Of a stretch of 64,000 nt of DNA, positions 37,822 to 49,943 are shown piece by piece (position 1 is the first letter of the stretch; every line of letters begins with the position of its first letter). The DNA lies in contig JBEUKZ010000064.1 of assembly GCA_048128005.1 (NCBI GenBank), positions 248,001-312,000 of the forward strand, written 5' to 3'. The DNA comes from Veleropilina oligotropha. Lineage: Eukaryota. The position numbers and the translations under genes are program-made. The notes under the pieces were generated by a model. The model saw only the letters and a list, made by a program, of their open reading frames with translations, searched no databases and was not told where the DNA came from.

Positions 37822-39712
37822 AATACACTTATCTAAGAGAAATAAAAATATTGGCAATTAATTACACATGCCTATCCATGATGATGATAAATATGACTTT
37901 ACCCATAGGAGAAAATAACAATATGAATGACCATGTCAATATAATTAAGCCAGCTTCAAGGGTTGTTAATTCTGAAGTACAGCGCACTTGTCATGTTAAT
38001 CGTATTACTATAATAGCAATATATCAAGCTTAATTGAAAACAGATGGCTTCATGTTATATTGCAAGTGTTTTATTGGACATATTGCTTCTGCTGAGAAAC
38101 CAAATCTGACATGATGCAATGATCATGAGCATTCTAAATCTCAATTTGCTTTACTTCTAAACAATTTTTTAATCACTTTTAAAGTGGCTCTCACAACTGT
38201 CATCTGAATTTAAAGTATAAATATATGTTTGTTTATAAACCACAAAATAGAGAAGAAAAGATAAAATTAGTAAGTGTAGTAAAAAATAAGTCAGTGAAGT
38301 ATTTGTTTTATTTTAAATTAACACTTGAAATAATATGAGAGGGCATTGCACAAAATGTCCAAGAACTTTATCCGATTATAATATATAACATAAATATCTA
38401 TGTATCAACATTAGCTGCTACAGGTGTTCAGATACAAATTAAAGGTTCAATATCGATCATATGATTTTTAATAATCACAGCTTCCTGTAATTGCAATGCG
38501 GTTGTGTATTAAAATAATTTACACCTTTGCTATTTTCATAAGATTAAATCTCATGCAAATTAGGTAAGCACATTGATCAATATAATAACATGTCGACCTG
38601 AAGTTTAATCTTGTACATCGTCGGCATATTTAATTACCACCCAGAAACAAATGGTCATGAAGTAATTTTCAGCAGATGTAATTCATTACACAAGAACTAA
38701 TATCTGAGGCCAACTGTGCATGTGTTCACACAGGTATGCCAGGTATTTATATTAAATTACTGGGCGGTATCGTGCTGTACTTCCATTCACACGTCGTTTG
38801 CACTCTGATGATCCTGTTCATTTAGCTGTTTACTGAATGTAAAAATATATTGTGCACACGAAATCTGAAGACAATGCACGTGCATCCAGATTGAATGTTG
38901 TATTTACTCCTCTTCAGGAATCTGTAATGTCAGAGTGCGCAGCTCTCCTGTCGTCTGCCTGATGACACAATATGGGTGGTCTGGCGAAAAGTGGTGAAGT
39001 CACCACAGATGTGAAATGGTGTCTCAGTTAAAATTAAGGTAGAATAAGGCATTGAACATTAAGTAATCAATTCAAAGTACGCAATTGGTTCTTCAGCATT
39101 GACAACAACCAAATTGATATCAATGAACACGCTAATAGGGAATATTAAAGTGGCTATTTAAATTCAATTTCAGACAAATGCCTTTGGTTTGACGTATCGA
39201 ATGGTTTGAAGTGATGAACTGACTCTAGCTTGACATGATAAGCTGACTGCAATATATTATACTCCTCTTCAATATATATATATTTTAATGCTTATTATGT
39301 GTTGGTAATAAGAAATTATGAAAGCCACTAATATATTCTTACACAGATTGAGAGATTACAGTTATAAGCATAAAATACCGGATAACTAGCCTGATGAATG
39401 CATCGAGTGTCCCCAACAATGGGTGCCGCTGGCAGCTACTTATATCAGAAATGCCAGCCAGTTAACATCGGTTATTGACACGTTGATGGTGGTCTGCGAT
39501 TCATCTACTAGAAAAACAATGCTTTACCTAATGGTTGCGCACTCTCGTGATAAAGGTTAAACTCCGCTCAAATCCCAGATGCTGGCATCAGGTGGAGATA
39601 ATCAGGAAAGAAGTCCCTAACAGCCGGAATCGTGCAACACGAGGTAGCAGGCCAGTCATGCTGCTCTGGCTTATATGAAAAGTGTCATAAAAAAAGTGGT
39701 ATATTCTAGAAT

Positions 39713-40747
39713 CATAGGCGTAGGAACCGGGGGGGGGGGGGGGGGGGGGGGCCCAATAAGTTATCTGGGGGGCTCTAGTATCTTTGGGCACCCCCCAATA
39801 ATTCAAGAAATCTATACATTTCTATGACAGTATCGCACAAAGCCTCCTGCTTTTACCGTCCAGTTAAACCATATTGACTACTTTATGGGAAGAAATACCC
39901 TGACAAAATTGCCCAAGACTGAAACAAAATGACGAAAAGGGAAAGCAATACATGAAGAAGTAAGAAGACGATCGTAGTCGAGCCCGAGATAAAAACTTGG
40001 CGATATGAGATTCTGTTCTTGTTCGAAATGATTTCATTAGGAAATCAAGTTATCTACTCCATTTAACCCTCAAGCATGCACGACTATTGCAAAGAAAGAG
40101 AACATTATTATAATAGCATTCACTGAATCGCACATAGTCAGCCTACTCGAAATTTGTCACGATTCAAAAAGGTACATTCGACTACTAAAGGACACACAGA
40201 ACAAACACATATTGATGAGCAGGAGGAATGGACCGATATCGTGCCTATGCTTATGCGGAGACAGTCATTTGGAATAAAGTCTTATTCTGTAATCTGGTCT
40301 CTAGTATTCAGTCAATAAATATCGAATATATAACTCCCGTAACGAGATCATCACTGACATACATAGGTTTGAAATTACATGTAATGATGTTACAGCATCA
40401 AAATAATGTTATTGGTGATTTGTTTTACCATACATACTGTTTGAGCCTGCAACTACTGCTAGATTTTAATCAAATAACCCAAATTCAAAATATTAGATAT
40501 ATATATCTACCTTATAATTTGCTGTTGGAATCATACCAACTGCATTCAGAATAAATATATGTATCAAATTGAGATGCTTAGGGTGTCATAATTTGCTCAG
40601 AGTGAAGGAGAAACAATTTCAAAAAGTTAAAATATAAAAAAATTTGTGGCTGCGTGGGGGCCCAACCCCACGCGCCCAGTTGATAATACACATAGTCATT
40701 TCAGATGGCCCCCCCCCCCTAATGTCAAACATCTTCCTATGCCACTG
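39713..40747 (+). mobile_element. ~1-kb MITE with 5-bp TSD carrying a Gypsy integrase fragment (copy 1)
   Basis: TIRs CATAGGCGTAGGAA / TTCCTATGCCACTG with internal poly-G and poly-C; TSD AGAAT (39708-39712, 40748-40752); a homologous inverted copy lies at 53955-54922. Confidence 0.82.
39877..40180 (+). pseudogene. Degraded C-terminal fragment of a Ty3/Gypsy pol (post-integrase-core, GPY/F-like region)
   Basis: Manual translation across frameshifts and stops gives LLYG/RNTLTKLP...QNDEKGKQYMKK*EDDRSRARDKNLAI*DSVLVR...LSTPFNPQACTTIAKKENIII...RNLSRFKK, matching from memory the LLxGR..TKLP / KxxMKxYAD / GDxVLV / KLSTPF / TRNxSxFKK pattern of Gypsy pol ends. Confidence 0.65.
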
Positions 40748-41149
40748 AGAATGGTATTTATATGGCGTGTAGCCATGATAAGGCAATTAGAAATGATGAA
40801 GGAACATCACGGACTACAACAACAAGATATCTAGAACATCTTTGTACACAGCCGGTGTGCTGCTAACACGGAACAACTTAGGTGTTATCAATTTGCAAGA
40901 GGAAGACACGGAACAACTTAGGTGCTATCAATTTGCAAGGGGAAGACACCGGGTTTGGTTTGATTAAAGCATGACAAACACGCCTTTCCTTCAGAATATA
41001 TGCCAAACTGAGATTTTTAAAGAAAAAGTAACACACATGACATTATACTTGCTTTAAAACAATGAACTATTTTAATTAATGAAGGAAAAGAACAGCCAAT
41101 TTTAATAGATGGTGGTCCCGTTTACTATTAGTTATTATTACACACATTA

Positions 41150-41376
41150 ATTAGTTAATTGTTTAGTTAGTATTAGAGCCTGTATACTGGAGTTGACAAC
41201 TTTGTTTTACGATCCCTTTGGCAATTTTTCAGCCTTAACGTGGTCGGGACACCCGGTTTACGGTCTCACTCTGATCTGACCGACATACATTAGGGATATG
41301 CCATAGAACTATTAGTTTTAAGCCTGAGAAAACGCCAGCCCAGAGTGGGCTTGAACCCACATCCTTAACCATCCCG
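41150..41376 (-). mobile_element. Degenerate tRNA-derived SINE of a second family (possible Meta/MESC-like core)
   Basis: Minus strand has B box GGGTTCAAGCCC, core GAGTGAGACCGTAAACCGGGTGTCCCG and a (CTAA)-like tail. Confidence 0.5.
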
Positions 41377-42711
41377 CATATTTCTAGCCCTGGCATGCAA
41401 TATAAATTTCAGAAAATTTGTAAATATTTATTATTGTTAAATATAATATAATCCCTTGAACACAATTGTGTGTATACGTAAGTTGTGACATACTTAAATG
41501 TGAACTGCTAAAATATCAATAAAACACATATTAGTACATTTAATTTAATAAAATAACTTACAATTCCAAAATAAAATATCTCAAATAATTGTGAAGTGTC
41601 TGTTTCTGGTATTTGCTTCGCAAAGAACAAGAAAACATTATCAGAAAACACTGACATTCTTCACCACTGGGAAACTTTGCAAAACTCTTGAACAATTTCA
41701 GCAACAGAGGGTGCTACACTTCTCCAAAACAGTGTCAAAGGTTAAACACGAATGCAGAGGAAAAATAACAGGCATAACATCTACTTTTCTCCTGCAACAA
41801 ACAAGCATTCCATGTAGAAGACTTTGTTTAAGAACTGCCTTGTCATTCAACTGGATGAGAACACAGGGTCGCATTGTGGTCACAAACACCAGAACACATA
41901 CTCCAGAACTGGGTCATGGTTGAATGCATACCATGGCTGGATGGCTGGCATGGTTGTTTCGTACCGCAACGTGAACATGCCTCCAAGACCAGCAATGGAC
42001 AATCAGCACTCGGCAGCAGCCCTCCACAACCAGCTACCTTATATATCGATTCTTCGTTAATCTGCATAATTGAATAACCAACAAATAAAATTTAAAAAAG
42101 ATATTGCTGGCACTATAACCAATTTGACTTTGGATCTTGTGACTCAACTACTCCTTGTGTCATAATATCCTGTGCGGTTTCGAGGGATAATACCAAATTG
42201 CATCATAAGAATCTAATGAATTAATATTGTTCATTTAGTTCTAAAGATCACCAACATATGACATATCCAGTTTCTAAATAAGATTACGCTGCATTTTTAA
42301 ACGGCCATTATGATTGCTGTCAGATTGCATAGTAAACCCGGATCAGCCATGTGTTGACTGCTGTGACACCCAGACAATGGCGGCCATACAGAGCGTTCTA
42401 CTGCCATAAATCACGCAATCCCATTCATGGCCGACAATTATCATCGTTTTCATGCAATCCAGTGAAATCAAGCAAAAATCCTTCATGTCATTCTACAAAA
42501 CAGACCATGAAATTAACAAAATTAACACGCAATAATTTCTGGCGAAGCTAGCAATTATTACACGTCTTTACAAACATTCATAATGTATATCACGCAAAAC
42601 GACGTTCCTTCTGAATGGCACAGTGAGTTTAAAAAAAATCACACTGTGTTCATCAGTTAGCTGACAAGTAATCACAATCACCAATTGATTGTACTCTCTG
42701 TGACTGTGCCA

Positions 42712-43562
42712 CCATCGCAGTACTGCCCTGTTGTGTCACACTTGTTGAGTGTACCGCAGTACTGTGCAGTTGTGGCACCCTTGTTGAATGTCGCAGTGCC
42801 TTCCTGTTGTGTCACACTTGTTGAGTATGTCACAGTGCTGCCCTGTTGTGGCACCCTTGTTGAGTGTGTGTAGTACTGCCATGTTGTGTCACACTTGTTG
42901 AGTATGTCACAGTGCTGCCCTGTTGTGGCACCCTTGTTGAGTGTGTGTAGTACTGCCATGTTGTGTCACACTTGTTGAGTATGTCACAGTGCTGCCCTGT
43001 TGTGGCACCCTTGTTGAGTGTGCGTAGTACTGCCATGTTGTGTCACACTTGTTGAGTATGTCACAGTGCTGCCCTGTTGTGGCACCCTTGTTGAGTGTGT
43101 GTAGTACTGCCATGTTGTGTCACACTTGTTGAGTATGTCACAGTGCTGCCCTGTTGTCGCACCCTTGTTGAGTGTGTGTAGTACTGCCATGTTGTGTCAC
43201 ACTTGTTGAGTATGTCACAGTGCTGTGCAGTTGTGGCACCCTTGTTGAGTGTGTGTAGTACTGCCGTGTTGTGTCACACTTGTTGAGTATGTCACAGTGC
43301 TGTGCAGTTGTGGCACCCTTGTTGAGTGTGTGTAGTACTGCCATGTTGTGTCACACTTGTTGAGTATGTCACACTGCTGTGCAGTTGTGGCACCCTTGTT
43401 GAGTGTGTGTAGTACTGCCATGTTGTGTCACACTTGTTGAGTATGTCACAGTGCTGCCCTGTTGTGGCACCCTTGTTGAGTGTGCGCAGTACTGCCGTGT
43501 TGTGTCACACCTGTTGAGTATGTCACAGTGCTGTGCAGTTGTGTCACACTTGCTGAGTATGT
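42712..43562. repeat. 77-bp dimeric minisatellite (two related ~38-39-bp subunits), ~11 copies
   Basis: Alternating ...TTGTGTCACACTTGTTGAGTATG... and ...TTGTGGCACCCTTGTTGAGTGTG...; the ORF track repeats at 77-bp offsets. Confidence 0.95.
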
Positions 43563-43632
43563 TGTACATGTACAGTAAACGACTCTTTTTGTTGATGGTT
43601 TATCATATTTCAAAAGAAATATCTTAACTCCA

Positions 43633-45066
43633 AACAAGTGTTTGCCACTAACGTGGCAAGAGTCCCCCGCCAGTGATTAAGGGACTGCTATATCGCCCAA
43701 TGCATGTATGGGAGCTGTTTATATATGTTGTAGACCTCGGTATCTGAAGACAGAAAATGAGGTCAAGGTCAACATAATCGACTGGTATCGGCGATATCCA
43801 CAAATGTATCTATCTACCAAATATAAATGAAATCAGTTCATTCTGTCTTGAGATATCGCGCTAACAACAATTAAATACATTTGGGGATATCGCTGGCACC
43901 AGTCAATTATGGCGACATTGACCTCGGTATCTGAAGACAGAAAATGAGGTCAAGGTCAACATAATCGACTGGTATCGGCGATATCCACAAATGTATCTAT
44001 CTACCAAATATAAATGAAATCAGTTCATTCTGTCTTGAGATATCGCGCTAACAACAATTGAATGAGCAAAAGCGTAAACTGTACCCTGTGACCTTGAAAA
44101 AGAGGTGAAATTCACCATAATCGACTGCTGTCGGCGGTATCCACAAAGGTATCTATCCACCAAATATAAATGAAAACGGTTCATTCAGTCTTGAGATATT
44201 GCGCTAACAACAATTGAATGAGCAAAAGAGTAAACTGTACCCTGTGACCTTGAAAATGAGGTCAAGGTCACCATAATCGACTGGTGTCGGCGGTATCCCC
44301 AAAGGTATCACTCGGCCAAATATAATTGAAATCGGTTCATTCTGTCTTGAGATATCGCGAAAGAGTAAACTGTACCCTGTGACCTTGAAAATGAGGTCAA
44401 GGTCACCATAATCGACTGGTGTCGGTGGCATCCCCAAAGGTATCTATCCACCAAATATAAATGAAATCGGTACATTCATTCTTGAGATATTGCGCTAACA
44501 ACAAATGAATGAGCAAAAGAGTAAACTGTACCCCGTGACCTTGAAAATGCGGTGAAGGTCACCATAATCGACTGGTGTCGGCGGACTCCCCAAAGGTAAC
44601 TATCCACCAAATATAAATGAAATCGGTTTATTCAGTCTTGAGATATTGCGCTAACAAGGTCGTACGGACGGACGTATGGACAACTGAATGAGCGAAAGAG
44701 TAAACTGTACCCTGTGACCTTGAAAATGAGGGCAAGGTCACCATAATCGACTGGTGTCGGCGGTATCCCCAAAGGTATCAATCCACCAAATATAATTGAA
44801 ATCGGTTCATTCATTCTTGAGATATTGTGCTAACAACAAATGAATGAGCAAAAGAGTAAACTGTACCCCGTGACCTTGAAAATGAGGTGAAGGTCACCAT
44901 AATCGACTGGTGTCGGCGGACTCCCCAAAGGTAACTATCCACCAAATATAAATGAAATCGGTTCATTCAGTCTTGAGATATTGCGCTAACAAGGTCGTAC
45001 GGACGGACGTACGGACGGACGGAGGCGAATACTAGAGTCCCCCGCTCCGCTAAAGCGGGGGACTAA
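43633..45066 (-). mobile_element. HINE-like element family B with GACCTTGAAAATGAGGTCAAGGTCA core repeats
   Basis: AACAAG end with hairpin TTGCCAC-TAAC-GTGGCAA and subTIR AGTCCCCCGC; (GGAC)n; terminal hairpin AGTCCCCCGC-TCCGCTAAA-GCGGGGGACT. Confidence 0.88.
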
Positions 45067-46714
45067 AAAGCAAGGACGGAGCCCACACCATCATGTCCTC
45101 TTGGTCAATGAAACAAGTCCCATTTTCATTCATTATTTTTGATTTTTCAATGCATGCATTTAATGAATAATGCAGAACCTGTTCACAAAATTTCATTAAT
45201 AATTTCTGAATATCTTGCAAAATACAGTTGCAACAGAAACGATTTAAGATCAATAACAAAATTCAGCAACTGTGGGCTGTATGCATGCAGACCTAAGAAG
45301 TTTAATTTAATTATTTGTCTAATTGTACTGTGTGCATGCATTCATCAAAATAAAGTTTTATGAGAATATTTAGAAAGTATCTTTTAAAATATGAAACTGT
45401 TAGCTACGGCATCATTTTGGAAAGTACAAAAATTTGAACTCAATTTGCAAGGTAAGGTACACATTACACACTTCATTACCTTCATTAAATTTCAATAATG
45501 GCTGCATTATATCATTCACTCCCATGCTTACAACACCATCCAGTGCTCAGAAAAACAGACTATGATATAGTTTTTTATCCCCCGTGGCTTCCGAAGGAAG
45601 AAGCACACAGTACAATTAGACAAATAATTAAATTAAACTTCTTAGGTCTGCATGCATACAGCCCACAGTTGCTGAATTTTGTTATTGATCTTAAATCGTT
45701 TCTGTTGCAACTGTATTTTGCAAGATATTCAGAAATTATTAATGAAATTTTGTGAACAGGTTCTGCATTATTCATTAAATGCATGCATTGAAAAATCAAA
45801 AATAATGAATGAAAATGGGACTTGTTTCATTGACCAAGAGGACATGATGGTGTGGGCTCCGTCCTTGCTTTTTAGTCCCCGCTTTAGCGGAGCGGGGGAC
45901 TCTAGTATTCGCCTCCGTCCGTCCGTACGTCCGTCCGTACGACCTTGTTAGCGCAATATCTCAAGACTGAATGAACCGATTTCATTTATATTTGGTGGAT
46001 AGTTACCTTTGGGGAGTCCGCCGACACCAGTCGATTATGGTGACCTTCACCTCATTTTCAAGGTCACGGGGTACAGTTTACTCTTTTGCTCATTCATTTG
46101 TTGTTAGCACAATATCTCAAGAATGAATGAACCGATTTCAATTATATTTGGTGGATTGATACCTTTGGGGATACCGCCGACACCAGTCGATTATGGTGAC
46201 CTTGCCCTCATTTTCAAGGTCACAGGGTACAGTTTACTCTTTCGCTCATTCAGTTGTCCATACGTCCGTCCGTACGACCTTGTTAGCGCAATATCTCAAG
46301 ACTGAATAAACCGATTTCATTTATATTTGGTGGATAGTTACCTTTGGGGAGTCCGCCGACACCAGTCGATTATGGTGACCTTCACCGCATTTTCAAGGTC
46401 ACGGGGTACAGTTTACTCTTTTGCTCATTCATTTGTTGTTAGCGCAATATCTCAAGAATGAATGTACCGATTTCATTTATATTTGGTGGATAGATACCTT
46501 TGGGGATGCCACCGACACCAGTCGATTATGGTGACCTTGACCTCATTTTCAAGGTCACAGGGTACAGTTTACTCTTTCGCGATATCTCAAGACAGAATGA
46601 ACCGATTTCAATTATATTTGGCCGAGTGATACCTTTGGGGATACCGCCGACACCAGTCGATTATGGTGACCTTGACCTCATTTTCAAGGTCACAGGGTAC
46701 AGTTTACTCTTTTG
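44223..46714. repeat. Long inverted repeat: arms 44223-45335 and 45603-46714, 267-bp spacer
   Basis: The arms are reverse complements; mirrored identical ORFs appear in the track; the only difference noticed is a 1-bp indel in a G/C run (~45060 vs ~45878). Confidence 0.93.
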
Positions 46715-47984
46715 GTTAAAGTTTTTGGATGAGGTGTTACATGCATTTAATGGATGAATAACTCGATCAAACCTACTTAGATGGAAAGTAGACATGTTTA
46801 GCCTTAAGTTGGAACCAAAAACGAAAAGAATTTTTATTTATTTTGTGGAAAAAAAAGCACTTTAAACATAGACAGTTTTTGGTTCAAGTTTTTCTTTTAG
46901 TGTATATCGATTGCTCAAGGAACATTTCGGCATATACAAGGTTCAGTAATGGTTACATGGATGTGACCTGATACTCTGGCAATGATTTACATTATAATTT
47001 TATCTAAATAATGCATGAAATTGGTGTTTTGGGACATAGAAATTTAGTTAATAATTTTCGGTTAAAGTTTTTCAAAGAGTGCTTATACAATGATCATTGC
47101 ACTTTTTTGCACACTTATGCTTTGTTGCTGGCTATATTGATGTTAGCTGCTAGGCTGGCAGTGATATTGAACAAAATTTAATATAAATAATTTGTGAAAT
47201 TGATGTTTTTTATATAAAAATTTTAGTTACATTTTTTAGGTTGAAGTATTTCGATTATTGCATATAGGTTTAATAAAGCACTTTTTAATGCATATACTTT
47301 GGTGTTGGCCATATTCACACTACCTGCTATTCTGGAAGTGATATTTAATAAAATTTAAAATAAAATAAAATGTTTTTTGACATTGAAATTTGACAAACAT
47401 TTTCAGTTTAAGTTATTCAATTGCCGCATATTGATTGATAAAGACATGTTGTTGCAAGCATATGCATTGGTGTATGCTTCGTAGTTGTTACCTGCTATTG
47501 TTACAGTTATATTGAATATAATTTAATTTAAATATTCTGTGAAATTTTATTTAAAGTTCCTAGTTAAATTTTTTTCAGTGAGTGCATATGGGTTGACATT
47601 GTGATGCTACATGCTGCTCTGGCAGTGATGTTGCATTCATTTTAACACAAAACTGTGTTAAATTTGTGTATTTGGACATATAAATTTGATTAATTTAACA
47701 CAAATAATTTGCTACATTTGCAAGTTTGGACAAATTATTTAATTAGTGCATGTGTGCTGCTCAAGATATATTTTATACATGTATATGCTGGTTGATAGAC
47801 ATCGGGGACTTAGCTCCCCGGTAAGATAAAAAAATAAAAAATAAAAAATAAAAAGATCTAGGGATTAAAGATCAATTTCGATAAAAAATCTCCATACCAT
47901 CAAAACATTGTATTAAATCTATTTCTTGCATATATTGACAAAATACTTTACCGCGGGGGATACCGCTATATCGATAGCACTTGT
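45572..47984 (+). mobile_element. Second copy of HINE family A, lacking nested C/D/F but carrying the 1.1-kb inverted duplicate
   Basis: TTTTATCCCCCGTGGCTTCCGAAGGAA (45573-45599) and 46711-47984 are the reverse complement of the A parts of 28753-33848; it ends GCGGGGGATACCGCTATATCGATAGCACTTGT. Confidence 0.87.
47800..47853 (+). mobile_element. 54-bp retroposed 3' tail (stem-loop plus A-rich tail)
   Basis: CGGGGA-CTTAGC-TCCCCG hairpin then (ATAAAAA)n; flanked by AGA; absent from the other A copy. Confidence 0.6.
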
Positions 47985-48118
47985 AATTTATGATTATGCA
48001 TTGGCGATTATATATGCTATGAACTGTGCACAGCTTTATGTGTGGTACATTTAATCACTCGGTATCAACATTGAAGACAAGCACACCTGATAAAAACTTA
48101 AATAAAACACAGATAATA

Positions 48119-48820
48119 CAGATGCTCTCCTGTTCATATTTATAATGTTATCTGAGACAAGAGGAGCATGCTCAGATGCTCTCCTGTTCATATTTATAAT
48201 GTTATCTGAGACAAGAGGAGCATGCTCAGATGCTCTCCTGTTCATATTTATAATGTTATCTGAGGCAAGAGGAGCATGCTCAGATGCTCTCATGTTCATA
48301 TTTATAATGTTATCTGAGACAAGAGGAGCATGCTCAGATGCTCTCCTGTTCATATTTATAATGTTATCTGAGACAAGAGGAGCATGCTCAGATGCTCTCC
48401 TGTTCATATTTATAATGTTATCTGAGACAAGAGGAGCATGCTCAGATGCTCTCCTGTTCATATTTATAATGTTATCTGAGGCAAGAGGAGCATGCTCAGA
48501 TGCTCTCCTGTTCATATTTATAATGTTATCTGAGACAAGAGGAGCATGCTCAGATGCTCTCCTGTTCATATTTATAATGTTATCTGAGACAAGAGGAGCA
48601 TGCTCAGATGCTCTCCTGTTCATATTTATAATGTTATCTGAGACAAGAGGAGCATGCTCAGATGCTCTCCTGTTCATATTTATAATGTTATCTGAGGCAA
48701 GAGGAGCATGCTCAGATGCTCTCCTGTTCATATTTATAATGTTATCTGAGGCAAGAGGAGCATGCTCAGATGCTCTCCTGTTCATATTTATAATGTTATC
48801 TGAGGCAAGAGGAGCATGCT
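48119..48820. repeat. 54-bp minisatellite, 13 copies
   Basis: CAGATGCTCTCCTGTTCATATTTATAATGTTATCTGAGACAAGAGGAGCATGCT; 702 bp = 13 x 54. Confidence 0.97.
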
Positions 48821-49554
48821 TTCTAATATTTTTGTTCAGAAATGTAGACGAGTAGCCAGGGGCAGAATTAAATATTTCACAGATCCCGATAGATCGTCTA
48901 TGAAACATTACAACAGTGATGGTCACATTTCAATAGGCCATACTAGTATTATGATAACATGACTTGAATTGTCTACCAGAGCAATCATATTGAATATACC
49001 AGATACTAATTTTATTTACGACCAACTATACACTAGATATGGTGCACAGTCAAGTTGACGATTTTCAAAATAAACGCTGTTTTGTGATTGTTTTGAATAT
49101 TGGGTTATCTTTACCATTTTGGTATCCATAACACAATTATAAAGATGGATACTGTGACGGAATTCTTGAAGATAGGACAATGTAACCAGGACAAGCTCAT
49201 GTCGGAACACCACAAAATTAAAACGGGCAAGCCGGGGAAGGTGCCAATACCACTTTGGAGGAGTAGTGATAAACAGCATACTTAAAGGATGCGGGACGAT
49301 GCATCATACAAGCTCTCCTGCTGTTTGACCTGTTGGTCTAAAAACATATTTTATATGATTTGGTAATTTATCAACAAAAAATATCTCACTCACTTCACCG
49401 TTTTTCATTGGTTGCACGTACCCCCGGGACACCAACATTTTGAATCCTGTCTCTATCATCTGCAACAATAAAGAAAGCAAGAACTCAAAATGAATGGTTG
49501 TTCGTGATAAAAAAATGAAAGGATCAATACTTAATCAAGTTAATGTCAAATAAT

Positions 49555-49688
49555 GACAACTGTGATTCATAATTGAACAAATAATGTCATGTCCCACCCG
49601 AGGTTCGATCCACCACTGTCCGTGTCAGTGGAATCAAACCAGTGATTTCAGAGTCTGCAACCGAAACCACACGACTGTTGGAGCGGCC
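49555..49688 (-). mobile_element. GGCCGC-family SINE, 5' half only
   Basis: GGCCGCTCCAACAGTCGTGTGG...GGATCGAACCTCGGG...GAATCACAGTTGTC on the minus strand. Confidence 0.8.
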
Positions 49689-49943
49689 CTGTTCAAGGGG
49701 TAACAAAATTGATATCAAACAAAGGTGTGTATAGTGTCTCACGACGTAAATTGAATACACACAACATATTCTCACAAGTTAATATTTACTTTTCTGCTAA
49801 TGGTTGGTTTCTTTTGGTTCAAACTCATTTCCCTTAGCAATATTGCAGTCATTACACGCTGATAACGCTATCAAAACAATTAAATACATTGGCAATTTCC
49901 ATCGTTACCAAACTGGTAAACATTCAGATCGACAGGATGAACC

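Noticed and set aside
35996..48926. Repeat ORFs at 35996-36658, 42678-43637 and 48051-48926
   Set aside because: They are minisatellite translations with no unique coding flanks or splice support.
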